A stretch of DNA of 64,000 nucleotides from Tubiluchus corallicola (GCA_030141605.1 JAQGDQ010000210.1:186001-250000), one strand, 5' to 3'. Shown: positions 1 to 54,180, counted from the first letter of the stretch. Translations and numbers: made by a program. Notes: a model not told the origin generated them from the letters alone.

Positions 1-59
1 TTCTCCATTTTTAATGTTAGTGCATTTTAAATATTCAATAAATTTATAATTATTATTAA

Positions 60-790
<731 letters not shown>

Positions 791-1201
791 AGCTAAAAGC
801 TTTCTTTACATACAAAACTGAAATTAAAAACTGAATAAAATTGCACTAGCAGTTTAAAGTGGCGTTTATGTAACTTGCGGATGCGGATGCTTTTTCCCAA
901 TTGCAGAATAGCATGCGGAAAAAATAGGAAATAGCTGCAGAAAAAGAATAACGCATAGCAGGCTGCATAAACGGGTGCATTGAAAACAATATGAACCGAT
1001 TTTATCTATTCCGCATCCCGGAACATTAAAAAATATAAGCTTAAATAATACTTTAATTGCTTATGTTTGCTGGAGGTTGACATATATAGAAGCTACATGC
1101 TGCACCAATTTCTGATCTACGTGTACGTACTATATACTGAAGTAAATGGATAAATGAGTGTTTAAATGGTAATGCTAACGCATTGCAAGTTTATTTTGCA
1201 G

Positions 1202-2685
1202 ACAACCCGCTAGAGTGCGACTGCGACTTGCAATGGTTGTGGACTACAAACTGGAGAATTTGGCAGACCAATTTAGGAACATGCGGCGGACCACCAGATA
1301 AAAAGTCTCAAGAAGTTAGCAAACTAAGTGCCATTCCTTCGACTGAGTGCCAGCGTGATCGCGGTACGTAAATGAAATTCCAGGCATTCCAAGAGATTCA
1401 ATTTCCAAAAACCCTGGCAGTAAAAAAAACCTCTGTCGTGTACACTTTATGGAAAAATCATGTAGAGCCTAACCCTCCTACTGCTTCAAAATAATTGTAT
1501 TCACACAATGGTCTATTGAATTGAGTACATTTTGTAAACTGTTTAGAAGGCATTAAAGGAAAAGGCAAGCCTTCTAGCAGGTTAGACGTATTTCAATGTT
1601 CACGAAAAATCTTAGAAGGATTTAGTAATAAAAGCGCAATAAGCACCTCGTGTAACTCGTAAAATCACTTTAAAGTCGCGATCATTTCACGCTTGGGCGC
1701 TTCCATTTTCAAAGCCCACTTTTCTCCAATGACGTCATTCGTCTTGAAGAAAAGTAACGCGCTGTCAATCTTCACCAAAAGTATAACAATTTTTTCAAAA
1801 AAATAGGTAGCTAATTTTGTAATAATTTAGCATGAAGATGAAGAACATCAGATAAGCTGTAGAAGTTTTAATCAGTTTCAGCAGCGCGCGCTTACGGAGA
1901 GCCACGACGCGCTTACGAAAAGGCACGAAGTCTCCCAGCTACGTCATGATTTTCAAGTGAATGGCGGCAACCACCACGCCTGTAAATTTCTTTACAGCGA
2001 TAGTATATTCTAAATTTGTGCTTTATAGACAGTTCTTTGCAATACCTTTTTATAGACAGACTTTTTTGTTATATATTTCTAAGTTAAGTTATAACAGTAA
2101 AATAAACACAATATACCGAGTGACTTGTTCTTTCCTTTAAGGTCTATCTATCAGGGCCGGCCTTAAGCATAGGCAAACTAGGCAACCGCCTAGGGCCTCA
2201 CCCTCCAGGGGGGCCTCACGCCGAGGTAACATACATTATAGTTTTTAATAAATTGCGTAATTTTATTTTTTTCGTATTTATTTTTTATTTCATTTGGGGC
2301 CACCAAATTCACTTCTCCTAGGGCCTCAAATTACCTAAGGCCGACCCTGTATCTATTTAGGCACAACAGACAGCAATGAAACCGAAATAACTGCTTTTGT
2401 GCCTGCAAAATGTCAGGCTTAGAAATTGTAAAATATATTCATGTTGTTCGACAAAATAAGCGAAATAATCTTTTTTCAGATTTGGAGACATCAGAAGAAG
2501 CAAATCCAAATATCTTGCACGCGGACAATCAAAGTCAAATCCAGACGGAAAGCTCTTTCGTATTCATAACTTCCACATCTGCGGAAAACATCCAGAGCAC
2601 AGCTGCAAACAGAAAATTAATACCCCCTCTGGTTCACTTTTCTCTCTTTATAGTTTTTTTACATAGAATTGTATGTGTAGATTAA
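1202..2685 (+). CDS. 3' part of an LRR cell-surface protein: LRRCT exon 1202-1363 and terminal exon 2480-2685 (stalk plus hydrophobic, GPI-signal-like C-terminus); 5' exons lie outside the window
   Basis: NPLECDCDLQWL...CGGP...C is the LRR C-terminal cap. Branch site ctaac and ttttgcag acceptor before 1202; G|GTACGT donor at 1364; ttttttcag acceptor before 2480; phase 1 joins in frame (RDR-D-LETSEE); stop at 2685; AATAAA at ~2764. Confidence 0.8.
1557..2136. mobile_element. Non-autonomous DNA transposon (MITE) with TTAA target duplication, Kolobok/T2-like
   Basis: ttaa|AGGAAAAGGCAAGC ... GACTTGTTCTTTCCT|ttaa imperfect terminal inverted repeats. Confidence 0.65.
2152..2349. mobile_element. 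hAT-like MITE
   Basis: CAGGGCCGGCCTTAAG ... CCTAAGGCCGACCCTG inverted termini flanked by the direct repeat tatctat. Confidence 0.7.
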
Positions 2686-3829
2686 AACACCAAAATCATC
2701 CTTGCTTTTAGAATACTTTAAATAGCAGGGTTTTTTACACTTGTGTAATGGCCAAGATCGATAAATAAAATTTATGGTATAAGTTTGATTATTATGTGTT
2801 TTAAGTAAATCATGTTTGATGACGAAGCAAGTTTAAAATGCACTTAGGCAGGCGAGATAATATGAAGTGCGACAAAATTGTGATTTTTTTTAAAATTAAA
2901 ACACTCCTAGACATAATAATCTGGCAGTGAGAATTATAAAAAGATTAAAGTCTAGTTGCTGTCATGATTATACTTTTTTGTTAAGGTTTTTTTGTCCGTA
3001 TCAAGAATTTTTCATTTCATCTGAATATTCACAGTGTAGCTTTCAAACCTTGACAACCAACATTTTTCTTTTTTGACACAATTATTTAAGATGCGCATTT
3101 AATTTTTTTAAAAAAAAGTTTGATTGAAACACTAGAACCGGTGGTAGTTTTAAATTGTTTTTACTAGCGGATTGAAGCTTATTCTGTGTTTTCTTGATTT
3201 GTAGGAAGATTCCCGTGCTCCTGTGCGCTGCCTCTTCAACATAGGCCCTGTTGTAAATCTGCACATTCATCACTCTGTAGGCCTACTTACACGGTACGTT
3301 TATGACGCATGCGTCTAACTCGTGCGTCAAAACGCACCGTGTAAATCGGCCTTATCACTGGATAACTTCTAGCATTTAAAAAACTTATTGTCACAAACTT
3401 GTGTATAACATCATTCTTCACAAAACGTAAGCTGGAAGAAGAATAAAGGAGGGGGGAAGAGAAGAAGGGAGCAAATGGGAAGCAGATGCTGAGGGGAGAC
3501 AGAGGAGAGAGGAATGTGAGTAGGAGTGTGGGAGAAAAGAGAACAGAGAGCGGAAGAAAATAGAAGATAGGGAAGAGGAAAGAAAAAGGAAATAATAAAG
3601 CGCAAGAGAAAAAAGAGAAGGTAGGAGAAGAGAAGAGCAGAGGAAAGCAGAGGACGTAGTCACAAGAAGAGGGAAGAAAAGGAGAAGCAGGTGGGAAGAA
3701 ATGGGAAGAAAGAAGACGGGAAGGGAGAAGAGGAGCAAAATACTATTATGCTCTGTTAGTAATAGTTCCATGAAATCTTAAGAACCATAATCCTTGTCAT
3801 GGCTATAATTACAATTAAACCAAAACGGG

Positions 3830-4400
3830 ACCGAAACTGCAGGTCAAAACAGTCTACTATTTAAAATATTGAAAGGAAATATACCATTTTTCTCAAAAAT
3901 GACTTACGCGAAAAATGATTACCACACAAACACAATTTCACGTTTGCGCCACTAGTTCTTCGCTGTTACATGTATTTCGCCATTCGTTAGTTAGATGGGC
4001 ACTAGCGTCTGCATTTCATAAAGGCATTGCACAAAAAACAGGCGATGTACTTCTCAATCCAGGTGTGTTAGTTTGTGACGAACTACACATGTTCGACAGC
4101 TCATGCGTGAGTACTGCGGAAAACTTGAATCGCTTACAGTAGCACAGTACTTCAATTTTCGCTTTCGCAAACACGTGCAACACGTTCATGGAATGATATT
4201 GAAATTTATGTTAGTTTGTGATGCTAACACTAGTAGGGCTCGACCGCCGTTAATTAAGATTTTAATCTCTCATTTAATTATCACAAACGTTTTTTCGGTA
4301 TTAATTCTATTAAAATGTATACTTTTTACCACACTTGAAAATGGGGTACTATGTGAAAAATCAGCCTGTCTTACATTCAAGCGTGTTACCTCTACATTGA
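3830..4400 (+). repeat. Interspersed repeat (~550 bp), second copy inverted at ~39960-40560
   Basis: Long shared blocks such as gtttgtgacgaactacacatgttcgacagctcat and caatttcacgtt(t/c)gcgccactag appear reverse-complemented at 40290-40500; boundaries approximate. Confidence 0.85.
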
Positions 4401-5797
4401 GTTTCTGCATCACAGAAGGAGATTACAGGGTTGACCGTAACTCGCTATAATAAATACAAAGAGGCATTTGCCACACAATAGAATATGTTGTAGTACGAAA
4501 TTACTACAGATTGACAATCGTCATTGATAGAACAGTTACAGTTCGTTAAGTCTTTTTTCTGGCTCTGTACCACAAGGAACCCGTAGGCTTTTCCCGTTCA
4601 GTTAACTGCAGACAGTATAAAAGAAAGAATGAATGTAAAATTATCAAATATCTTATCCGCGCAAGCAACAAAACTTCAGCAGAACTCTTTGAATTGTATT
4701 ACGACATGTACCGGCCAGCTAAAAGTCGTTTATTGTTCAGTTGTCACTTCAATCACACTGGTTCAAAAGTTTATCTGTCAATCTCTCTTTCAATTTCCTT
4801 GCTGACATTTTTAGGTCGCTCACCCACTTAGGTATGGTTACGTTTTTTGGAGCAAAATTAACAGTCGCTGGTTATTGACCTTTTTGTTCTGCCGCCAAGT
4901 CGTCAATTGTCACTTTCATGGGTTCAAAAATATGTGCAAAATATTTGCTTTATAATTCTAGTTTCGAATCTTACATGCACGTAGGAAAAGAGGTGATCGA
5001 ATTTTTATTTTGGTCAGACGGTAGTAGTCATTGAACTGTAAGGCTAGCGGTAGCCTGCATCCATTAATGACCGGAGCAATCGAAAAACACTAAACATTAT
5101 TTTTGTATGTGTCAAGCTAGAAATATAAAAACGTGAAAACGTGTTCATGTACGTGGAGATTATTTTTACATGTTATCTATGACTTATATCATTCTATGAA
5201 TTGACATCATTCAACTAATTACAATATTAATCTATTCAAATAGCATAATATTTCCATTACTATTAAGATTGTTTACACTAGGTGGCGACACAACTCTCCT
5301 TTAAAGTGTGGTCTGACACTTAAACAAAGTTACGCTGACAAAAGCCTAATTGACCTATTTAACATTTAAATTTAAAATGTTAAATTTTGACATTTATTTG
5401 TTAAGCAGGTCAAACATTTAGAAAAGATATTCATAAATAAGCTTCTTGCAGCGGGGCAATGTTAAAGTATTTTTAATTGCGCTTCTGAGTTTTTTTTTTA
5501 AATAAGTGCAACAATCGAAAGTTCTTTTACTTTTATCAAACACGCAGCTGAAAACACTGCAACGTAAGAGTTTTGTTATGAGCGCGCTAACTCGGGGCAC
5601 TAAAACACTTTTTCATCGCGTTTTCCGTTTTGTAATGTCACTCATTATTATTAGACACAACATTATTAATTGTCAGACATTCTGTCATTATAAATATTCG
5701 TTTATCACATTGAATTCATTTATATACGAATCCTGAACACAGTTGGGCTTAGTCAAAACGCAAAACTGTATAGGAATCAAAAATATTTCAATAACAA

Positions 5798-7219
5798 TTA
5801 CTTTCCAGGTTTTCTAGCACGCCCTGTGGTGTTAAACGTGCTGTTGACCACATGGGGGTGAAAATATGTTTCCTCGTCCAATCCCAATACGATATTATTG
5901 ACCGCCTCCACTCCTTGCATCATGCTGTGATCTTGGTTTCCCACCTCGTATTTCCAGCCACCGAAACGTCCCCGAGAGTAGATTCCCATGCTTTTCAGAA
6001 GTGGCTGGACGGTGTCCAAGAACTTTGTACGCGTAAGAAAAGGTGTTGGATATCCGTACTCCAATCGTTTGTGCCACTTGCTGATGATACTGTCGTTCGG
6101 AGATATTAGACCTACGTTTATGGCTCCATCTATTGTTGCTTGTACAACGTCGCGACGAACAGGCTTGACTTCCGTTTCACATATTTCAAACAACAAAGAC
6201 CACTGTTCATCTGGTTTTGGCACCGTGTGCGGAGAATAGTTGGACAAAATTGTCACCCTGTAAAACTCACAGTTATCTTCGGGAAAATAAAGCCAGCACT
6301 TATTGGACAGATGGTTTGGTATCTTTCCCTCTAGGCCTAGTCCCACAATGTGAGTTGACGAATGCCATGGAATGTTCTTTTGCTCTTTCAGAATTGGTAG
6401 GTATTGGCTGTCTCCTTGAAGCTTATCTATTAATATGTCCAGTGGCATTGTATTGATTATATAATCGTAAGGAATTTCTTCACCTGACTTCATTGTTATA
6501 TGTTTGTTTTCAACGTCAATCTCATGAACTTCCTCGTTTAATCGACGTTTGTTTCCAGGAAGAGAATCGTAAACTTGCTGCCATATTGCGCCAGTTCCTC
6601 CAAACAGTGGAAATCGAAATGTGGCATTTGGACCCCACGAAGCGTCCTCTTTTCGATCATTGATGTTCTGGATGATTGACTTCACATCAATCGTAGCCAC
6701 CCGTTCGCCGACCCAATCAGCTGTCATCGCAGTAGGTCTGTAGCCCCAAACTTTATAATTGTACGGATTCAAAAATATTTTGGCTAAACCGTAACCGAAA
6801 TTCTTGTCTATCCAATCTTGAAATGTGGCAGGTTTAGGGCTGTGATCTCGGTTGGTTTGCGCTGTGATTATGCCCTGTAAACAGTCATTTAAGTCCTCTT
6901 CTGGTAAGTAATGAATATTTTTCTGAAAGGGGTAAGGAACAAACTTGTTTCTGCACCAAATGTAACATTCACGTTTGTGAAGAAGCCAATCAGAAACGAA
7001 CGTATCTATGACGTCATTGAAGTACTGATAGTGTGAATAAATCACGTGACAGCCCATGTCCCAAACAAACCCATTTTGGTCGACTACTGAGGTAGCCAAG
7101 CCGCCAGCTCTATCACTTCGTTCCAGGATGACCCAGTCAGGATGGTCCAGTTCGTGGAGTTTGACTCCAGCACCTATGCCAGTTGGACCTGCACCAATCA
7201 CTACAATTCTCTTATCCAT
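5798..7219 (-). CDS. glf: UDP-galactopyranose mutase, eukaryotic type (FAD-dependent, UDP-Galp/UDP-Galf interconversion); intronless CDS, 473 aa
   Basis: GAGPTG Rossmann motif, D-x-G-[G/C]-H-V-I-x-S-H histidine loop, VPYPFQ, YNYKVW, WVGERVA, WGPNATFRFP, KCWLYFPE, FYRVT, YGYPTP and RGRFGGWKYEVGNQDHSMMQGVEAV match the motif series of fungal GlfA, trypanosomatid GLF and nematode GLF-1. Confidence 0.93.
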   Translation of the reverse strand: MDKRIVVIGAGPTGIGAGVKLHELDHPDWVILERSDRAGGLATSVVDQNGFVWDMGCHVIYSHYQYFNDVIDTFVSDWLLHKRECYIWCRNKFVPYPFQKNIHYLPEEDLNDCLQGIITAQTNRDHSPKPATFQDWIDKNFGYGLAKIFLNPYNYKVWGYRPTAMTADWVGERVATIDVKSIIQNINDRKEDASWGPNATFRFPLFGGTGAIWQQVYDSLPGNKRRLNEEVHEIDVENKHITMKSGEEIPYDYIINTMPLDILIDKLQGDSQYLPILKEQKNIPWHSSTHIVGLGLEGKIPNHLSNKCWLYFPEDNCEFYRVTILSNYSPHTVPKPDEQWSLLFEICETEVKPVRRDVVQATIDGAINVGLISPNDSIISKWHKRLEYGYPTPFLTRTKFLDTVQPLLKSMGIYSRGRFGGWKYEVGNQDHSMMQGVEAVNNIVLGLDEETYFHPHVVNSTFNTTGRARKPGK

Positions 7220-7237
7220 TCCGTATCAGAGGAAAAT

Positions 7238-7265
7238 CTGCCAAATAGAAAGAGAAACAATTTTC
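7238..7265 (-). promoter_or_regulatory. 3' splice acceptor 18 nt upstream of the mutase ATG (5'UTR intron or trans-splice site)
   Basis: Minus strand reads ttgtttctctttctatttggcag|attttcctctgatacggaATG. Confidence 0.65.
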
Positions 7266-7526
7266 TGAGTTCGTTTAATTTTACTCACTACAATCTCTAA
7301 CACTGTAATGTGTGTACAGCATATGTGGAACATAATATTGCACATTAAGCATTAGGGTAAATGTAGAATTTTTTCATTAATTGATTATTCTCGCCTTCCC
7401 TAATTTCGGTTTGTATTTGTATTATTGAATATAATAATTCTAACTTTTGTTTACATTAAACGGCAGCTTCCATGTTCTCTGCAGTCTGTACAATAATTGC
7501 ATTCTGCAGACGGGTTTCAGAGAATT

Positions 7527-7690
7527 AGGGTAAAAGTCACAGGTAAAAAAATACGGAAAAAATCACAGGAAAAAAGAAATAACCCTAACCCAAAGACTAG
7601 CCAAAATTAACTAACTTTTTTCCTGTGACCTTTTCCTGTCCAAAATTGTGACTTTTCCGTGAGTTTTTCCTGTCACTTTATTACCGGTCA
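7527..7690. mobile_element. Small fold-back element with AAAAGTCACAGG subrepeats and central CCCTAA motifs; related copy at ~32028-32140
   Basis: gtaaaagtcacagg... is mirrored by ...cctgtgac/ttgtgacttttcc; taaccctaaccc in the loop; the same motifs recur at 32030-32136. Confidence 0.55.
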
Positions 7691-8959
7691 GCGTTTCGTA
7701 CTGAGGTAAAATAACAACACCGTTTGCACATTCAGCATAAGCCAAATAGAAATTAGGTCATGAGGGGCAATAAAAATTTCGGTAAATCATTTGTAGAGAG
7801 TGTCCGACTTGTTTTAAGCAATGTGTTATTTATAAAAGAGTTTTCTCATTTCTATTTTCTCATTTTCTATATACAGCGTGCTTCAGCTGTCCCTCGCTAA
7901 TACGATTTTCAATTTTCTTTGCAGCCAATCAATGAACGACGTTCATCTTGTAGAAAACTCTATTCAGTGATTGAGAATACGTTTGGAATATTGCGCTGCT
8001 CTGGTCTGCTATCGTGCTGACTCTAGAGGAAAGAGGTATAAAATCGTTGCACGGCTGTAGAAGAGCATGGTATATAGGTGCACAATTGTTGCAGTAGACG
8101 TAGGAAGCCAAGTTTGATGCCGCCAAAATTCTTATAAATCGTAGACTTCAGCAAGCAAATTGACCTATGGTTCCTCTTGAGGCCCAGTTACTATTTTAAT
8201 ACATTCTTTAAAATAAAATTCGTCACGAGGGACATTTGATGTGAAATATTATGTTTTCGTAGTTCTGCCAGTTTGGTGCTAATTAGTATTAAAATTTTAT
8301 TAATTCGGCAAAATATAAACTAATACATATGTAGCATATCTTTTAGTGGCTTACGTAAATTGTTTGCAGACGATTAAAAATAGTGTGCAGACAATAACTG
8401 ATATGACATAGCTTTGTTATCAAATTTGTTATATTTTTTAGCTACATGAGCTAAATTTTGCATCTGATAATCTTTGCCCGACAGCACTTATTTTTGAGAA
8501 TACAGAAACGTTTATTATCTTTTTATATTCAGGTTTCTACTTTTTTAACTCAAAGACATCTATTATCATTTTTGCTTAGAAGTCAAAAGATTGGTGGACT
8601 CTCTCTTGCACAGAAAAAACACCAGAAAGAATAAATAAAAGCTGAAAAAAGCAAAACCCTTGAAAAAGAGAACACTTGTTTCACTAGTTGCATGTGGTAT
8701 TGCCGCCATTCGCAGCTTGACATTATACGATCACGGACATTTCTCAGCGAGCCTGTAAGGTGTCAAGTGACTTATTTCTTCGAGAACTTTTGTTGATTAT
8801 TAATTTTTGGGGACAAAAAGTAAAAAACAGTCGGAATTATAAATCATAATGTTACGAAAATTAGAAAAACGTGCGAAATACATATTTGATGTCTGATATT
8901 TTTTAAGTCTGAAGGTTTGTCATTTCCCGACACTCTGTAGTACAGTTAGGTAATGCAAG

Positions 8960-9778
8960 CAAGGCCGGTACTACGGTACGATACAAAAAATGCTTAGAAG
9001 TGCGGTAGGAAATTACGGTACGGTATTTTTTCAACAGTATGCTACGGTACGAAATTACGGTATTTTATTCGTACCTTTATCGTACCTTTTCCGTACCATG
9101 TATCCCCAGTTTCTTGTAACGTTTGTGTAGATCAGCAACTCAGTGACGACTCATGACTGTTCTCCCCTAATTAACACAGAGCACACGTAAACAAAGCCGC
9201 TAAATTGGTTCCTTTTGCGTGCAAACTGCAAAGCCACAAATTGTTTGACACCAATTTATGTAACGCCGTTGTTTTAACTGCTATTTCTAGTTATTGTGTA
9301 GTAATTTACTGCACATCTCAAGCTATGCAAATTCTGTTGAAGGAAGAACATTTCAAAATGGGCGTCGTTAAGGAGGATTGCTTAGAACTTTGCCGATTTG
9401 TGCAAAACAGTAACGATTTAATCAATGCATATTACATGAGTTAAAAGTTTGCTTTACCAACGAAAGAAGTTTTAGACGTACCGACCTAACACATTAACTT
9501 GTATGCTCAAAGTACTTAATGACAATAGCAGCTATAATTGTTTTGTATCGGTAAATGTTTTTACAATTAATTTTTTATGTCACTCTTTATCTTTTTATGG
9601 TAGATCCTACATGAACTTGATAGGAAATTTGATACGAAATTGCGGTACGATATTTTATCGCACTAGTTCGGTACGATTTGATTCGATTTTGTATGTACGG
9701 TACGGAATTACGGTACAGTATTTTTTAGAGGTATGAAGTGCGGTATTTTTCTCTTACGGTGCCGTACTGCCAGCCTTG
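8960..9778. mobile_element. Non-autonomous hAT element, 819 bp, 8-bp TSD AATGCAAG
   Basis: aatgcaag|CAAGGCCGGTACTACGGTAC ... GTGCCGTACTGCCAGCCTTG|aatgcaag; many subterminal CGGTAC/GTACG motifs. Confidence 0.85.
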
Positions 9779-10489
9779 AATGCAAGCAAATGTAGTAGTG
9801 TGACAGGTTCAACAGCCACATGTAATAAATAACATTAATTACATGTTAATTATTTGTTACCTTTAAAAAATATTTGAAGCTGTACATTATTGCAATGTTT
9901 TAGAATTTTCCAAGTTTCTAACTGACCTGTTATTTAATTTGTTATTACGAATTTTTGTCAGCAAGTTAATTTGTGAGGTACTAATTACACACTAATCTTG
10001 TACTCTCTTTATTAGTGGTTTAACTAATAAAAGCACAAAATGCTGCGAAAATAATAAAGTCAAACCAACCTTATTATGGTTTTGCCTCGTTGTGAAGGTG
10101 TTACTGCGAGCCTGTATTAGCTAGACGTAAGCAGCTAATATGTACAAAAGGATCGTGGAAAGAACTGTATACACTAAACCATACTAAAGTAATTACTTTC
10201 TAAGACACTGTGCTTATGTAGTTCATTGACTGTAGAACGATATGAATGACTGTATGACCTCTGTGACAATAATGTCTACGACGCGGGTAGTGAAGCATCA
10301 TAAAATTATAATTGCCAGAAGCTATATGTTACATGAACGTTCTTCTATTTAACAAAAAGCCGATTAATAAATAAGTTAAATATAATTATGTTTTTAAATA
10401 CGTGCTTACAAATCTATAAGCAAACAAATAGTTTCACAAATTAAAATTGTCGGGATTTCTAATTAATATCGAAACATCACAAATATGTA

Positions 10490-10514
10490 AATATATATAT
10501 ATATATATATATGT

Positions 10515-10551
<37 letters not shown>

Positions 10552-10552
10552 G

Positions 10553-10607
<55 letters not shown>

Positions 10608-10764
10608 TTATCTATCTATCTCTATCCATCCATCCATCCATCCATCCATCATTCCAAATCCATCCATCTATCTATCTATCTATCTACCACCTACCTACCT
10701 ACCTACCTACCTACCTACCTACCTACCTACCTACCTACCTACCTATCTACCTAGATATCTATTC

Positions 10765-10852
<88 letters not shown>

Positions 10853-10946
10853 GTCTATCTATCTATCTATCTATCTATCTTATCTGTCTATCTATCTGTC
10901 TATCTATCTGTCTATCTATCTGTCTATCTGTCTATATATATATCTA

Positions 10947-10995
<49 letters not shown>
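10490..10995. repeat. Compound microsatellite (TA, TATC, CATC, CCTA)
   Basis: Directly visible. Confidence 0.97.
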
Positions 10996-10996
<1 letters not shown>

Positions 10997-13291
10997 AAAA
11001 AATCTTACAATGTAGAAAAAAACCACGAGCTTTAAGTCCACCGTTATGCCCTATTTTCGGGTAAAAAAGTCACTGAACGGCAAGTATTTAGACTTTTACA
11101 GCAATAAACAAACACTGAAGGGGCACAGGGAAATCTACGAAAGACAAAAAAACAACGAAACGTAATTATTAAGAAAATCACCGAATGCAATACAAAAGAA
11201 AAGTTTCAAATTCGCCCGCGGTCCTATGGGCTTTAAGCTTGACGGGTATGTGTTCAGCGGGTTGACGACCCAGTGTACGTTATGAAGACACGCCCCAGGT
11301 AATGTCTGTTGAGCATTACATAATTTGCGCCTAAAAACCGGAGAATAATAAATCAAACCAGATTTTAGAGCTCAACACTACGACTTAAACCAAAGCCATA
11401 AACTCCACGAGAATGTTTAATATCTGTTAAGAACACACGACACTTGGCAGGCAGACAGGTGTGAGCTAGCTAACAGATATAGATTCCAACACAACTGACA
11501 ATATACACGGGACTTTCTGATCTTTTATAATTTTTTTCTGCGCTTGAAACAAGTGGCTCAGTCAATATTATGGGCTTCCTGTTTCACTGCGCGTGCGCAA
11601 ACACGCGTGTTTTGTAATTATGAAGATCACAATCAACAAGAGCCTGAAGATTTGCTGATACATATTCGTAAGTAACGTAATACAAACACAGCACATTCAC
11701 ATCTGTTCAGCTCAGTACTATAGGTCAATATGTAAACTACAATAGCTACAAAAGAAAAAGTAAAACAATCTGTTAAGAAGTAGGTCTTCATAAAAAAACT
11801 TAATCGAATACTACCGCTTAGTACGTAATTCAATAAATATAAATTTTTCTGATGTACAAGAATTCGCGTAAGTAACTTTGAAATAAACGAAAATTTTAAA
11901 TAAAACTAAAGGAACTTAAGGAAGTATAAGTTCAAGACACTTTACACAAGAAGTCTAGCTCCAAGTAAGTGAAAGCATCTTAACCTGTACCTGTCATGGT
12001 AATGAATCAGTAATTAAAAGCTAATCAACGCCAACATTAGTGTCACCGGAAAAGTTTCTCGTGACATGAAAAATTACTTGAGAGTTGAGAAAGGCGGCAA
12101 ACACAAAGGCCAGGGCTTATTTTGAATAAGAAATCCTCAATTTAGAACAGTTGACACTTGATGTAAAAGTCTGCCAAATTAAAGAGCGAACAGTTTACGT
12201 TAAATCAGTTATGTTACTGATTTAACTTGCGTAAAAAATCAATGGGAATAGTACTTTCTGTTGCTTAAATTAATAAACAAATGAATAAAAAATAAATAAA
12301 TGAATAAATAAAAACAGATTAATATTTAAATAAATAAACAATAAATAAGTAAATAAATACATAAACAACTAAATAGAGTGAAAACAAAGACGAAATTTTG
12401 ATCATGAAAAATTTTTTACTCTGCATTAAAAAATGAATTTTTTTGCAAGATTTGTTTGCCTTTGTATGTATGCACAACTCATATAAGAAGAAACACATAC
12501 AGTAAACTACACAGAAAAGATTTGCATGCCGAAATTCTATAAAAAGTCTTGCACTGGTCGTTTGCAATACTTCGGGAAAATTATAAGCAACAGTTAAGAA
12601 CTTGAAAGGCAATTTGTACTTGCTTCATTTTTCATTGCTTCAAAATTGCACAAGTTGCTTATAAAAAGTTATTGAAAGCTTCACACCTTTTTGTTAGGTG
12701 GAAATCTACAATTTTTGTACCGCATCAACTCGGATAATTTTAAAACACTCATGAAACTGTTCGACTGAGTTGCTTCCCTGCAAAAACTGAGTACTGCTGA
12801 CAATAAGCGACTCAAATTTAAATGTAGAATTTTTGAGTTTGAATTAGACGCTTCTACATTCTTACAACTATTTCAGCAGTGATCCACACGGTTAATTAAT
12901 ACATTACAGAAATAGCAAAACGTTCAATTCAAGTTTATATTAGAATCAGACTTGCCCTTTAATACTATGTTACTTTTTAGAGGAATTGCAAATTAAAATT
13001 GTTCATTGCTACGTAATTTACGTATCAACCACTAAATTAGACCTCAAACTACAAGCATGTGTCACATCCTGTCGTATTTCAAGAGCATCCAGGAAATACA
13101 GGATACTGGGACTTTTCCTTCGCCACACAGTAAGCTCTATCGAGATATGTTTTCAGTAGAATTCTTCGTATTTGTGTCGATAGCTATTTTTGTGTTAAAT
13201 ATAAAGTGACAAATAAAGCTGTCTCTGAGTTATTGTTTTAACGATGTGTAAGTAAAAAGTGAATTTAAAGTATCGTGACGTTAAAAACAAC

Positions 13292-54180
<40,889 letters not shown>

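Noticed and set aside
5852-7268. Short plus-strand and alternative-frame ORFs overlapping the mutase
   Set aside because: Shadow ORFs of a real coding sequence.
13147-13209. Alternative hydrophobic start MFSVEFFVFVSIAIFVLNIK for the phosphatase
   Set aside because: Ends in TGA with no good donor; the 13292 ATG has better context and a GTGAGT donor in the right phase. It may be a uORF.
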